From: an uncultured Prevotellaceae bacterium
GTDB lineage: Bacteria > Bacteroidota > Bacteroidia > Bacteroidales > Bacteroidaceae
DNA length: 64,000 nucleotides
NCBI GenBank assembly: GCA_900557555.1
Contig: USTH01000001.1
Location: 1,887-65,886 of the forward strand
Reading direction: 5' to 3'
Under the pieces are notes generated by a model. That model did not search any database, was not told the DNA's origin, and worked only from the letters and a program-made list of their open reading frames with translations. The number at the start of each line of letters is the position of its first letter. Within the stretch, counting starts at the first letter, position 1. Positions 35,742 through 45,697 of this stretch are shown piece by piece. The position numbers and the translations under genes were made by a program.

Positions 35742-38351
35742 ATGAAGCACGTTTTTCAATCCATATTGTTTTGCCTCGCACTGACCGCTGCCAACGCCCA
35801 AAACCAGGCAAACACAACAAAACCCGACATCGAATATTCCATCAACACACGCAACTACATCCTCGGAGGCGTAACAATTGACGGGGTCAACGACTATGAC
35901 TACGACCAGCTGCTCAGAATATCAGGACTCGTCATAGGGCAAACCATTACCTTTCCTAAAGCAGAAGGTGAAGTGACAACAGCCCTGCGCAACTTATGGG
36001 ACCAGCGAGTATTCTCGGATGTAAGCATAACAGCCGACAGCATTGTAGGACGTAACATCTATCTGCACATTCAACTTGCACCCCACCCTAAACTATCTTC
36101 TGTAACCTACAGCGGAATCAAAAAATCTGAACGAGAAGACCTTGAAGAGATCTTTCCGCTTAAAGAAGGCAGCGTAATCTCGGTAGACGTGATAAACCGT
36201 ATAAAGTTTGTCATCAACAAACACTTCGGGGAAAAAGGATTCAAAAATGTCACAACAGAAGTAATACAGCGCAATGACCCTAAAGACAAAAACAAGGTCA
36301 CACTCGAGATAGACATCGACAAACACGAGAAAGTCAAGGTGCACCGCATCTACATTACCGGAGCCGACCAAGACAAAATTAACAAGCTCAAGGCATCGAT
36401 GAAGAAAACACGCGAGTCGGGCAAGTTGCGCAACATTCTGAAGAGCAAGAAATTCATAGAAGAAAAATACAAGGAAGACAAAGCCCTCTTCATCAAACGC
36501 TATAACTCATGGGGCTATCGCGATGCCTATATCGTAAAAGACAGTATTGTTCCCTACGACGACAAGCACATCGACATATACCTCAATGTCAGCCAGGGCG
36601 AAAAATACTATGTGCGCAACATTTCGTGGATAGGCAACTCCATATACTCAACCGACGCCCTCAACAACAGCCTCGCCCTTAACAAAGGCGATGTCTACAA
36701 TCAGGAACAGTTAGAAAAACGCCTTCACGAGGATGCCAACTCCATTGGCAACGAATACTATAACAACGGATACGTGTTCAGCAGCATAGAACCTGTTGAG
36801 ACACAAGTTGTAGGCGACTCCATTGATCTGGAAATACGCATCCGCGAAGGTAAGCAAGCCACACTCAACAAAGTGGCCATTCTCGGCAACGAATACGTTT
36901 TTGAGGATGTGATACGCCGTGAGCTGCGCACCAAACCCGGTGACCTTTTCAGCAAAGATGCCATCATGCGCTCACTCACCGACCTTGGTCAGATGGGCCA
37001 CTTCGACCCCGAAAAACTTGAGCCAGACATCAAGCCCAACGAGTCAGACGGAACCGTGGACATCACCTACAAACTGTCGCCTAAATCAAGCGACCAAGTT
37101 GAATTCTCCATGGGCTATGGTACCACTGGCATCACAGGGCGTATAGCTGTGAAGTTCACAAACTTCGCCATACAGGAACTTTTCAAGAAACACGCAACAA
37201 GCCGCAAACTTCTGCCACAAGGCGAAGGACAGACCGTAGAACTGGCAGCCCAAACAAACGGCACATATTACCAGCAATACAGTCTCTCGTTTCTGGATCC
37301 GTGGTTCGGCCGCAAGCGTCCCAACCAATTCTCTGCAAGCCTGTTCTATAGCAAGCAGACCGATGTAAACAGCAATTACTACAACTCGGCCTACTACAAC
37401 AACTACTACAACAGCATCTACGGATATGGCACATCGTCGGGCAACTACAACTACGCCGACTTCTATGACCCTGACAAGTATGTACAGATTTTGGGTGGAA
37501 CTGTAGGTTGGGGCAAACGTCTGCGCTGGCCCGATGACTTCTTCACATTCTCTGTGATGGCAACATTCCAACGCTACATTCTGAAACAGTGGCAGTATTT
37601 CATAATGACCGATGGCAACTGCAATAACTTCAACCTCACATTCAGCCTCAACCGCAACTCATCAGACCAGCCGTTCTTCCCGAGAAAAGGTTCAGACTTC
37701 TCATTGAGCGTTTCAGCCACTCCGCCATACTCGCTGTGGGACAACAAAAAATATTCTGCTCTTGCCAACAACAGAAACTCCGCTACTTACCAACGAGAGA
37801 TGAAGGAGAAATACCGCTGGGTGGAATACCACAAATGGAAATTCCGCCTAAAGACATATACCGCACTTACCAACGCCAACAAGTGCCCCGTCCTCATGAC
37901 ACGCACAGAATTCGGCATTCTTGGCTACTACAATCGCCACAAACCGTCTCCGTTTGAAACATTCTATATGGGCGGTGATGGCATGTCAGGCTATTCCTAC
38001 GGCTACGCCACCGAAACAATCGGTTTGCGCGGTTATGACAACGGCTCGCTAACCCCGGCCGGCAATGAAGGCTACGCATACAGCCGCATGAGCCTTGAGA
38101 TACGCTATCCCCTCATGTTGGAGTCTACAAGCATCTACGCTCTAGGATTTCTTGAAGGCGGAAACGCATGGACACGAACCTCAAAGTTCAACCCCTTCGA
38201 CATGAAACGTTCTGCCGGAGTCGGCGTACGTCTCTTCTTGCCAATGATAGGCATGATGGGTATAGACTGGGCCTATGGCTTTGACAAGGTATTTGGCACA
38301 AGATCTTCGTCAGGTTCACAGTTCCACTTTATTATTGGACAGGAATTCTAA
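35742..38351 (+). CDS. bamA: Outer membrane protein assembly factor BamA
   Basis: 869 aa with a signal peptide, POTRA-like repeats and a C-terminal Omp85 barrel ending ...FHFIIGQEF. The gene shows uppS-bamA-ompH synteny. Confidence 0.9.
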   Translation: MKHVFQSILFCLALTAANAQNQANTTKPDIEYSINTRNYILGGVTIDGVNDYDYDQLLRISGLVIGQTITFPKAEGEVTTALRNLWDQRVFSDVSITADSIVGRNIYLHIQLAPHPKLSSVTYSGIKKSEREDLEEIFPLKEGSVISVDVINRIKFVINKHFGEKGFKNVTTEVIQRNDPKDKNKVTLEIDIDKHEKVKVHRIYITGADQDKINKLKASMKKTRESGKLRNILKSKKFIEEKYKEDKALFIKRYNSWGYRDAYIVKDSIVPYDDKHIDIYLNVSQGEKYYVRNISWIGNSIYSTDALNNSLALNKGDVYNQEQLEKRLHEDANSIGNEYYNNGYVFSSIEPVETQVVGDSIDLEIRIREGKQATLNKVAILGNEYVFEDVIRRELRTKPGDLFSKDAIMRSLTDLGQMGHFDPEKLEPDIKPNESDGTVDITYKLSPKSSDQVEFSMGYGTTGITGRIAVKFTNFAIQELFKKHATSRKLLPQGEGQTVELAAQTNGTYYQQYSLSFLDPWFGRKRPNQFSASLFYSKQTDVNSNYYNSAYYNNYYNSIYGYGTSSGNYNYADFYDPDKYVQILGGTVGWGKRLRWPDDFFTFSVMATFQRYILKQWQYFIMTDGNCNNFNLTFSLNRNSSDQPFFPRKGSDFSLSVSATPPYSLWDNKKYSALANNRNSATYQREMKEKYRWVEYHKWKFRLKTYTALTNANKCPVLMTRTEFGILGYYNRHKPSPFETFYMGGDGMSGYSYGYATETIGLRGYDNGSLTPAGNEGYAYSRMSLEIRYPLMLESTSIYALGFLEGGNAWTRTSKFNPFDMKRSAGVGVRLFLPMIGMMGIDWAYGFDKVFGTRSSSGSQFHFIIGQEF

Positions 38352-38374
38352 ATAACACAACATATTATTTTGTC

Positions 38375-38890
38375 ATGAAAAAGATTATCACGTTGCTGCT
38401 GCTTGCCTCCGCAGCCATCATGCCATCTATGGCACAGAAATTTGCCCTCGTAGACATGGAATACATACTCAAGAACATACCTGCATACGAGCGTGCAAAC
38501 GAACAGCTCAACCAGACATCAAAGAAATGGCAGGCCGAAGTCGAAGCCGTCAACCTGCAAGCCCAGACTCTCTACAAAAACTACCAGAACGAAGTGGTGT
38601 TCCTTTCTGCCGAGCAAAAGAAAACACGCGAAGAAGAAATACTGAAAAAAGAAAAAGAAGCGTCAGACCTCAAGAAAAAATATTTCGCACCAGAGGGAGA
38701 ACTTTTCAAGAAGCGTGAGAGCCTCGTTGGACCCATACAAGACGAAATCTACAATGCCGTCAAGGCCATAGCCGAACAAAAAGGCTACCAGCTTATCTTA
38801 GACCGCGCAAGCGACAATGGCATCGTCTTTGCCTCACCATCTGCCGACATTTCTAACGATGTGCTTGCCAAATTGGGATATTCCAAATAA
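38375..38890 (+). CDS. OmpH/Skp-family periplasmic chaperone
   Basis: 171 aa with a signal peptide and coiled-coil K/E/Q-rich sequence, downstream of bamA. Confidence 0.85.
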   Translation: MKKIITLLLLASAAIMPSMAQKFALVDMEYILKNIPAYERANEQLNQTSKKWQAEVEAVNLQAQTLYKNYQNEVVFLSAEQKKTREEEILKKEKEASDLKKKYFAPEGELFKKRESLVGPIQDEIYNAVKAIAEQKGYQLILDRASDNGIVFASPSADISNDVLAKLGYSK

Positions 38891-38942
38891 AAAAGCTATC
38901 TTTGCAAGTCTAAAACAATAATCTTAAAATAATTACTTCACA

Positions 38943-39440
38943 ATGAAAAAAATTATCCTCGCTGCGCTTTTGCTTGCGCCAATGACTATGTTCGCACAAA
39001 AGTTCGGTCATTTCAATTCACAAACCCTCATGCAGGAAATGCCGGAAGTAAAGGCCCTACAGACTGAGATGCAGAACATCGAGAAACAATACGACAAAGA
39101 ACTCGAAACAATGCAAACAGAACTCAAAAACAAATACACTGCCTATATGACCCAAAAGGACTCTTTGCCACAAGGAGTGCAGCTGCGCCGCGAGCAGGAA
39201 ATCACTGACCTGCAGCAACGCCTCCAGCAAACCTCGCAGACCTACAAAGAAGACTTTGAGAAGCAGTACACAGAGAAGATGCAGCCAATACAGCAGAAGA
39301 TAATGAACGCCATCAAAGAAATAGGCGAGGCAGGCGGCTATGTATACATCATGGACCTCACCAACGGCATCCCGTATGTATCAACAACACTCTCTACTGA
39401 TATAACTGCTGAACTAAAGGCAAAACTCGGAATGAAATAA
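38943..39440 (+). CDS. OmpH/Skp-family periplasmic chaperone (second copy)
   Basis: 165 aa with a signal peptide and coiled-coil Q/E/K-rich sequence. Confidence 0.85.
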   Translation: MKKIILAALLLAPMTMFAQKFGHFNSQTLMQEMPEVKALQTEMQNIEKQYDKELETMQTELKNKYTAYMTQKDSLPQGVQLRREQEITDLQQRLQQTSQTYKEDFEKQYTEKMQPIQQKIMNAIKEIGEAGGYVYIMDLTNGIPYVSTTLSTDITAELKAKLGMK

Positions 39441-39595
39441 AGGAGAGACCTCCTTTTCTATTTACACAAACACACGACAAATAAGGGTTCAAATCTCGCA
39501 CACAGGCGGATTTGAACCCTTATGTCGTATTATCTTGCCGGGAACAAATTTATTGTCTCAAAGAAACTGACTGCCAGCTTTCTGAAACGATTTAA

Positions 39596-39615
39596 ACCAA
39601 ATCGGTCGTTAAGAC
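39596..39615. repeat. Degenerate solo TIR of the MITE-like family
   Basis: accaaatcggtcgttaagac resembles cccaaatcggtcattaggtc. It lies 20 bp upstream of palindrome array A. Confidence 0.4.
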
Positions 39616-39636
39616 TTATTGAGTTAATCATTGGCA

Positions 39637-39724
39637 TTTCGGCCGAAATCGACATCCCTTTCGGCCGAAATGTGATTGCGTTTCCACCGAAATGCAACTG
39701 CGTTTCGGCCGAAACGAATGAGTC
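39637..39724. repeat. Palindrome array A: 4 x TTTCGGCCGAAA at an exact 22-bp period
   Basis: Cores start at 39637, 39659, 39681 (variant tttccaccgaaa) and 39703. The 10-bp spacers differ (tcgacatccc, tgtgattgcg, tgcaactgcg, cgaatgagtc). The array lies in the 430-bp gap between the convergent ompH and apt genes. Confidence 0.85.
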
Positions 39725-39765
39725 AGGTCTGATTTACCAAAGCTTGCATCAACGGCAGGCGGCAT

Positions 39766-39815
39766 AAAAATATATACCGTTCATTTCCCAAGGCTTAGCC
39801 TCGGGAAATGAACGG
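39766..39815 (-). terminator. Rho-independent terminator of apt
   Basis: 13-bp perfect stem ccgttcatttccc / gggaaatgaacgg. On the minus strand it is followed by tatatattttt, ~57 nt after the apt stop. Confidence 0.6.
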
Positions 39816-39871
39816 CCGTGCTTAGGCCCTCCCTTTATCCCACCTGCGACAAATATAAGGAACAAGTCAAG

Positions 39872-40411
39872 CTACTCGGTCACCACAGTATAGAGCGGCA
39901 GTTCCTTTGGAAATACATCGCGCCCATGCAGTCCCTCGTCGGTTATTTCAAGGAGAAATGAGGCGTACACCGCCTTTGGGTTGAACTGTTTAACCAATTT
40001 GTAGGCGGCCAATGCAGTGCCGCCAGTAGCAAGGAGATCATCATGAATCAATACAACATCGTCTGTACTGATGGCGTCTTCTGCCATCTCAATGGTATCT
40101 GTGCCATACTCCTTGGTATAGGTCTCACTTTTGGTCTTGACTGGCAGCTTGCCTGGCTTGCGGGCCATAACAATTCCCACGTGGAGCATTTTCGCCAAAA
40201 TAGCCCCTACAAGAAAGCCTCTTGACTCAAGGCACACCACCTTTGTTATACCCTTGTCGGCATATTGGCGATACAGGTCGTCAGCCATTATATTGATACT
40301 ATCGGGATCCATCAGCCACGATGAGATGTCGCGAAACAAGATTCCTTCCTTAGGGAAATCCTTTATTCTGCGCAATTTGTCACTAAGATATTGTTTTTCG
40401 TTTTCTTCCAT
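39872..40411 (-). CDS. apt: Adenine phosphoribosyltransferase
   Basis: 179 aa with FPKEGILFRDIS and the PRPP-binding motif VVLIHDDLLATGGTA. Confidence 0.9.
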   Translation of the reverse strand: MEENEKQYLSDKLRRIKDFPKEGILFRDISSWLMDPDSINIMADDLYRQYADKGITKVVCLESRGFLVGAILAKMLHVGIVMARKPGKLPVKTKSETYTKEYGTDTIEMAEDAISTDDVVLIHDDLLATGGTALAAYKLVKQFNPKAVYASFLLEITDEGLHGRDVFPKELPLYTVVTE

Positions 40412-40560
40412 TACGTTTTAATGAATAACTATAATGCAAATATAGCCACATTTGCTCAAATTACAGACAATAAAGCCGAAAAACAGTCGCCGAGAGTGAA
40501 CTTTCAACATATTTATATTATATTTGTGCCAATAATATCTAACTACTAACTGACAACATT

Positions 40561-43080
40561 ATGAAACTTCGCTTCCTCTCAATTTTTATGGTTGCCTTGG
40601 CCACCTGCCATAATGTCCATTCACAGTACAGTAATGTGGCCTACAAAGACGGCACGGTAAGATTTACTGTCATTACTGACGGGGCTGTCAGGCTTGAGTA
40701 CTCCCCCACCGGACAATTTACAGACAACGCCTCACAGGTGGCAGTGATACGTTCCTATCCGAAGAGCGACTACACCGTCAGGCAATACGGCTCTACTGTA
40801 ACCGTCAGCACACCCAAAATGGTTGTTAGGTACAAAAAGGGCAGTGGCAAGTTTACTTCCCAAAACATAAGCATCACCTCCGCCAAAGGGCAGCCACCAT
40901 TCAGGTGGACACCAGGAGTAAAGGATACTCTCAACCTTAAGGGCACTTACCGTACTCTTGACGGCTTTGACGGAGAATATTGTGGCAACTTCAAGATGCC
41001 GCTGTGTCAAGGTGTGTTGTCACGCTCGGGGTGGACACTGATTGACGACTCGAAATCATACCTCTTTGACAATGACAAGGAATGGCCTTGGGTAACAGAA
41101 CGTCCACAGACAACCGACAGTCAAGACATGTACTTCATGGCCTACGGCACCGACTACAAACAAGCCCTCAAAGACTTTACCGTCTTTGCCGGCAAGGTCC
41201 CCCTGCCGCCCCGCTATGCATTCGGTTACTGGTGGAGTAGATATTGGAGCTACTCCGACACAGAACTGCGCCAACATCTTGACCACTTTGACAACTGGAA
41301 CATTCCGCTTGATGTGCTCGTAATTGACATGGACTGGCACTACAGCGACGGAGTTAGAGGCGGTTGGACAGGCTACACGTGGAACAAGCAGCTGTTTCCC
41401 GACCCCTACAAGTTTCTTAATTACCTGCGTGATGAGCGCAAACTCAAGGTGACTCTCAATATACACCCTGCCGATGGCATACGCCCATTTGATACTCCAT
41501 TTAAGATGATGGCAGACTATATGGGTGCAGACACTTCCAAGACCAGCCAAATTCCCTATGAAGGCAGTAACAAGAAATTTATGAGCGGACTGCTCGACAA
41601 AGTGCTTCGCCCCATGAACGAGCAGGGGGTCAGTTTCTGGTGGCTCGACTGGCAACAGTTCATGAACGACCGCAAACTTACCAATCTCAGCAACACGTGG
41701 TGGATAAACTACGCATTCTTCTCCTACATGCAAAGAAAACAGTCTGCCCGTCCAATGCTCTACCACCGTTGGGGAGGGTTGGGCAACCACCGCTACCAGA
41801 TAGGATTCTCTGGCGACAGCCACATCACATGGAACAGTTTGAAATTCCAACCATACTTCAACTCTACCGCCTCAAATGTGTTGTACGGATATTGGAGCCA
41901 TGACATCGGTGGGCATCAGGGAAACGGTATCGATCCCGAACTATATGTCAGATGGATGCAGTTCGGAGCCCTAAGCCCCATTCTGCGCACCCACTCCACT
42001 AAACAGGCCAACCTCAACAAGGAGCCATGGACGTTTGACTATAAGACTTGTGACATTCTGCGCCAGATTGTTTTTGACCGCTACGCAATGGCACCGTACA
42101 TCTACACCATGGCGCGTAAAACCTATGACGATGCGGTATCGCTCTGCCGCCCCATGTACTACGATTATGCTACAGATCAGAAAGCATACGACTGCAAATA
42201 CCAATATATGTTTGGCGATCAGATGCTCGTCTGCCCTATCGGAGAGCCGATGAAAGACCGTCAGTCAACCGTCAGTGTATGGCTTCCGGAAGGCAACGAC
42301 TGGTATGAAGTGTCAACTGGCACACTGCTCAACGGGAACCAGGAAGCGAAACGTATCTTCCTGCTTGATGAATATCCGCTGTATGTAAAAGCCGGCAGCA
42401 TACTGCCTACCTATACCAACCACGTCAAAAACTTGCAAGGCAACGAGAACAGCCTTACACTGACGGTGTATCCCGGCGCAGACAATGGTGAGTTCACTCT
42501 CTACGAAGATGCTGGCGACAGCAAGGACTATGACACACAATATGCCACCACACGGTTCTCACAAAAACGGCAGAATAACACGCTGACTGTAGACATCGCT
42601 CCACGCAAGGGATTCTACACTGGCATGCCCACCACCCGTAAATGGCGTATCAAAGTGCTCTGCTCGCAGATGCCGCTGAAAGTCCAGCTCGGACAGACAG
42701 ACATCAAATACACCTATGACGCCAAAGATTTGGCCCTGCTGATAGACCTGCCAGAAGTTCAGGCCACCAACGCTCAGACTCTAATAATAACCTATCCGCA
42801 CTACGCCAATGCCACAGACCTTGCCGACGGCACTGTCGGGCAGATGAGACGCGCCGCCAACGCCCTCATAGATTACAGAAAAAAGAACTGCAGCCTTAAC
42901 CGTACTGACGAACTTGCATCTATGGAGACAGTGGCGGAGGCTATTAACTACAACCCTCAGGAACTGAACAGGATAGTCAGTGACTTCCGCCAGAGCCTCA
43001 AGCAGTTATCCAAAATCCTTAACGATAATAAAATCAACGGACAAGACTCCACAACAATTCTGAGAGCTATGGGCATGTAG
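40561..43080 (+). CDS. Glycoside hydrolase family 31 protein
   Basis: 839 aa with a signal peptide. GH31-type blocks are present (DVLVIDMDWH, VSFWWLDWQQ, GFSGDSHITW..L, WMQFGALSPILRTHS). Confidence 0.8.
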   Translation: MKLRFLSIFMVALATCHNVHSQYSNVAYKDGTVRFTVITDGAVRLEYSPTGQFTDNASQVAVIRSYPKSDYTVRQYGSTVTVSTPKMVVRYKKGSGKFTSQNISITSAKGQPPFRWTPGVKDTLNLKGTYRTLDGFDGEYCGNFKMPLCQGVLSRSGWTLIDDSKSYLFDNDKEWPWVTERPQTTDSQDMYFMAYGTDYKQALKDFTVFAGKVPLPPRYAFGYWWSRYWSYSDTELRQHLDHFDNWNIPLDVLVIDMDWHYSDGVRGGWTGYTWNKQLFPDPYKFLNYLRDERKLKVTLNIHPADGIRPFDTPFKMMADYMGADTSKTSQIPYEGSNKKFMSGLLDKVLRPMNEQGVSFWWLDWQQFMNDRKLTNLSNTWWINYAFFSYMQRKQSARPMLYHRWGGLGNHRYQIGFSGDSHITWNSLKFQPYFNSTASNVLYGYWSHDIGGHQGNGIDPELYVRWMQFGALSPILRTHSTKQANLNKEPWTFDYKTCDILRQIVFDRYAMAPYIYTMARKTYDDAVSLCRPMYYDYATDQKAYDCKYQYMFGDQMLVCPIGEPMKDRQSTVSVWLPEGNDWYEVSTGTLLNGNQEAKRIFLLDEYPLYVKAGSILPTYTNHVKNLQGNENSLTLTVYPGADNGEFTLYEDAGDSKDYDTQYATTRFSQKRQNNTLTVDIAPRKGFYTGMPTTRKWRIKVLCSQMPLKVQLGQTDIKYTYDAKDLALLIDLPEVQATNAQTLIITYPHYANATDLADGTVGQMRRAANALIDYRKKNCSLNRTDELASMETVAEAINYNPQELNRIVSDFRQSLKQLSKILNDNKINGQDSTTILRAMGM

Positions 43081-43113
43081 CCCCAAAAATGTTTACCTGT
43101 GTGTCTGACACGC

Positions 43114-43168
43114 CCACAAACAAAAAGTCCCTCAACCATCGTTTGGTTGAGGGACTTTTTGTTTGTGG
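43114..43168. terminator. Bidirectional terminator hairpin (24-bp perfect stem)
   Basis: ccacaaacaaaaagtccctcaacc / ggttgagggactttttgtttgtgg with a 7-nt loop, between the convergent genes ending at 43080 (+) and 43189 (-). Confidence 0.7.
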
Positions 43169-43188
43169 AAATCAGGCTGGCAGCAAAA

Positions 43189-43992
43189 CTACTTTACTAA
43201 GAAGCATCTGCCCTTGACGACATAGACACCCTTGCCAAGTGAGCGGATATTCCGCGAAGATACCTTTGAAGCCACCTTAACGCCCGAGATATTATAGACA
43301 TCCGTAAGTTCATCGGGCGCCAGTTCACCAGCAACATCCTCCACGCCTGTCATGCTGTAGTCGAGATGATTCGTTCTAAGCGTACTGCTTGTCTCGCCAC
43401 CATTAAGTTTTATGAAGCAGCGTGAAGCGAGAATGCCATTTGGCACTTCGCTAACATCAACAAAGGTTGCTGCAGAGTTATCTTTCACGAGAATGCCGTA
43501 GATGCCTTCAGAACTTCCAGCCTCGGTTGCGCCTCCAAATATCACTGTGGTACCAGTGTTATCCGAAAATTTAAGTTCTACCGGGCCTGTGGATACATGT
43601 GCATCGCTCTGACGTATTTCACGCACTCCGCTTTCAAGGGTAGAATAGAGTATATACGGTGTGTTCGCCTTAAGTCCGTCAGGTTTCACGTCCTTGAAGT
43701 TTAGTTTGGTGGCAACACCCGTGTTTTCCACTCCTACCAAAGTTTCCAGACGGCACTCCTCACCGAAGATGCTGTTGACCTCATCTGTCGTCAACGACAC
43801 CGGCAGGCAGATGGTGTTCCACCCTTTGTGGATAAAGCGGTAGATAGAAAGGTCTATCGTCTGACCGTTATAAGCGGTAAGGTCTTTGGGGCTCACCGTA
43901 TTGGTGACAACCCTCTGCTGTGCGCTAACCGTGTTGAAAGTCATGCATGCCACGGCCACAAGTACCAAGTTCTTCAATGTAATCTTTTTCAT
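43189..43992 (-). CDS. Secreted protein of unknown function with a T9SS C-terminal sorting domain
   Basis: 267 aa with a signal peptide (..NTVSAQQ). The C-terminus DVYNISGVKVA....LGKGVYVVKGRCFLVK is sorting-domain-like. Confidence 0.65.
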   Translation of the reverse strand: MKKITLKNLVLVAVACMTFNTVSAQQRVVTNTVSPKDLTAYNGQTIDLSIYRFIHKGWNTICLPVSLTTDEVNSIFGEECRLETLVGVENTGVATKLNFKDVKPDGLKANTPYILYSTLESGVREIRQSDAHVSTGPVELKFSDNTGTTVIFGGATEAGSSEGIYGILVKDNSAATFVDVSEVPNGILASRCFIKLNGGETSSTLRTNHLDYSMTGVEDVAGELAPDELTDVYNISGVKVASKVSSRNIRSLGKGVYVVKGRCFLVK

Positions 43993-44070
43993 AATGCCGT
44001 TATATTATAAGTGATTGTTCACAAATACTGTTTGCTGCGTATTCTATCATCTACCTCTGGCTCAAAGGCC

Positions 44071-45633
44071 TTACGGTCTCTTGATGCGGGCTGGAACACC
44101 CATAGCAACGCCATACGAAGGCACGTCATGCGTCACCACTGCACCCGCAGCCACCACAGCTCCCTTGCCTACAGTTACTCCCGACAATATCACCGCCTTC
44201 GGGCCGATTACCACATTGTCCTCAATAATCACTGAACCATGAGTGACAAGCTGACGATCCTGCGGAAGTATATGAAGCGACTCGACATCGGTCTTGCCGC
44301 ACTGATGGTCGGTTATCAGCACATCATGGCTTATCAGCACGTTGTTTCCGATACGCACATCACGTATGGAGCTGACACGTACGTTGCGCTCGAAAGTCAC
44401 ATTGTCGCCGATAGCAATCTTTGGAGTATAGTTGCCCGTAGAGATGCTTTGCAGATGCAGCCCAGGCTTTGAACAAAAACCAGTACCTATGGTTATATTC
44501 TTGCCCTCAACAACTACAGGAACCTCCACCTGGCACCCTTTTCCAGAACGTACTCTGTAGCGGAACCGATAAGTGGCGAGGCTGTTTCTGAACTGTTGCA
44601 GAGCCCGTGTTACCAGAGTGTTGCAGATGAGCATCGTAATGCCGGCCAGCACCACTGTAAGCGTCTTACGCACCACGGCAAACAAAAAACGTACCACACG
44701 CCCCCAAACCTTGCCAGACACGCACATCTTAAGTACAGACGCCACCGGACGCCAGCCAAGATATTGCTTGACAGTCTGCCTCCCAGCCTTGGCATCAAGT
44801 CCCTTTGCTCCCCTGCGCAGCACAAACAAGCGTACAATCAACGGCAACAGACAGTCGCTCACACTTGTCTTCATCTTCATTATAGTGGCCGGCGAAAGAC
44901 TGACCGTTCGACTTTCAGCCTCGTAACTGTCAAACACCGTAAGAAGGTTCTTTACATAGATTCGTATAGGGTCACGGGCCTCCTGCACGGGATTTACAGG
45001 AGCATCGTTGAGTAACCTCGGGTTATAGATGGCATTTTGCTTGCCCGACAAGGCAACATGCAGCAATAGCGGTACGGCAGGTATGCCCGTGCCTACACCA
45101 AACTCCCGAGGGTCATAGCCTCGTATGAAGTCTGTGCGTATGATATTACAGCTGGTATCAATAATACCCATACGCACTACCTGCAGAAAGTCATCGATGT
45201 CAACGTATTGTGTCAGGGTTTTGCGTGTCCTCGCATTGAGAGACAGGTAGACAAGCCCAAATTCATTTTTCTCCAACACTTGCAGCATGTCGCCAAAACG
45301 CTCTACCCTAACAACATTGCGCGCATCAAGCATCCAAATGTATTTGCTGCGCATAAGAATGGCCTGATTAATGGCAAACATAAAACTGTTGTCACGACTC
45401 AGATTGTCGGTGTTGCAGATATATTTAAAGGGCACACGACCCTCAAACTGCCTGACCATGGAAGAGGTACCGTCGGTAGAGTCATTGTCTACAATTATGA
45501 CCTCCATACGTTCCTGCACACTGGCATCAAGCAACGCCAATCGCAGGAGTTGCTGCTTGAGCGACAAGACATTGTTGCGTGTTCTTATGCACAAAGTCAG
45601 GATTTTGCCGTAATTAAAAGTCAGTTGGGGCAT
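44071..45633 (-). CDS. Fusion protein: GT2 glycosyltransferase + TM/Arg-rich linker + hexapeptide-repeat (LbH) acetyltransferase
   Basis: 520 aa. The N-terminus carries GT2 motifs ([12 protein letters not shown], ..MLDA). The middle is hydrophobic and Arg-rich. The C-terminus has left-handed beta-helix hexapeptide repeats (IGDNV.F..NV....[13 protein letters not shown]...[32 protein letters not shown]). Confidence 0.7.
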   Translation of the reverse strand: MPQLTFNYGKILTLCIRTRNNVLSLKQQLLRLALLDASVQERMEVIIVDNDSTDGTSSMVRQFEGRVPFKYICNTDNLSRDNSFMFAINQAILMRSKYIWMLDARNVVRVERFGDMLQVLEKNEFGLVYLSLNARTRKTLTQYVDIDDFLQVVRMGIIDTSCNIIRTDFIRGYDPREFGVGTGIPAVPLLLHVALSGKQNAIYNPRLLNDAPVNPVQEARDPIRIYVKNLLTVFDSYEAESRTVSLSPATIMKMKTSVSDCLLPLIVRLFVLRRGAKGLDAKAGRQTVKQYLGWRPVASVLKMCVSGKVWGRVVRFLFAVVRKTLTVVLAGITMLICNTLVTRALQQFRNSLATYRFRYRVRSGKGCQVEVPVVVEGKNITIGTGFCSKPGLHLQSISTGNYTPKIAIGDNVTFERNVRVSSIRDVRIGNNVLISHDVLITDHQCGKTDVESLHILPQDRQLVTHGSVIIEDNVVIGPKAVILSGVTVGKGAVVAAGAVVTHDVPSYGVAMGVPARIKRP

Positions 45634-45697
45634 CTTCTACTTGTCAGGATATTTTAGTTTCTTTTGGTCTGTTCCTATTGTTGCGGAATGTGTGTCA

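Noticed and set aside
39637-39724. CRISPR interpretation of the phased palindrome arrays (also 62254-62341).
   Set aside because: The repeat core is only 12 bp, the spacers are 10 bp and each array has four units. No cas genes or leader are present. This is far outside CRISPR repeat and spacer dimensions.
39522-39767. 81-aa ORF spanning palindrome array A.
   Set aside because: Its open frame is a by-product of the 22-bp repeats (repeated ...SAE.../...GRN... peptides). There is no start context, and it lies between convergent terminators.
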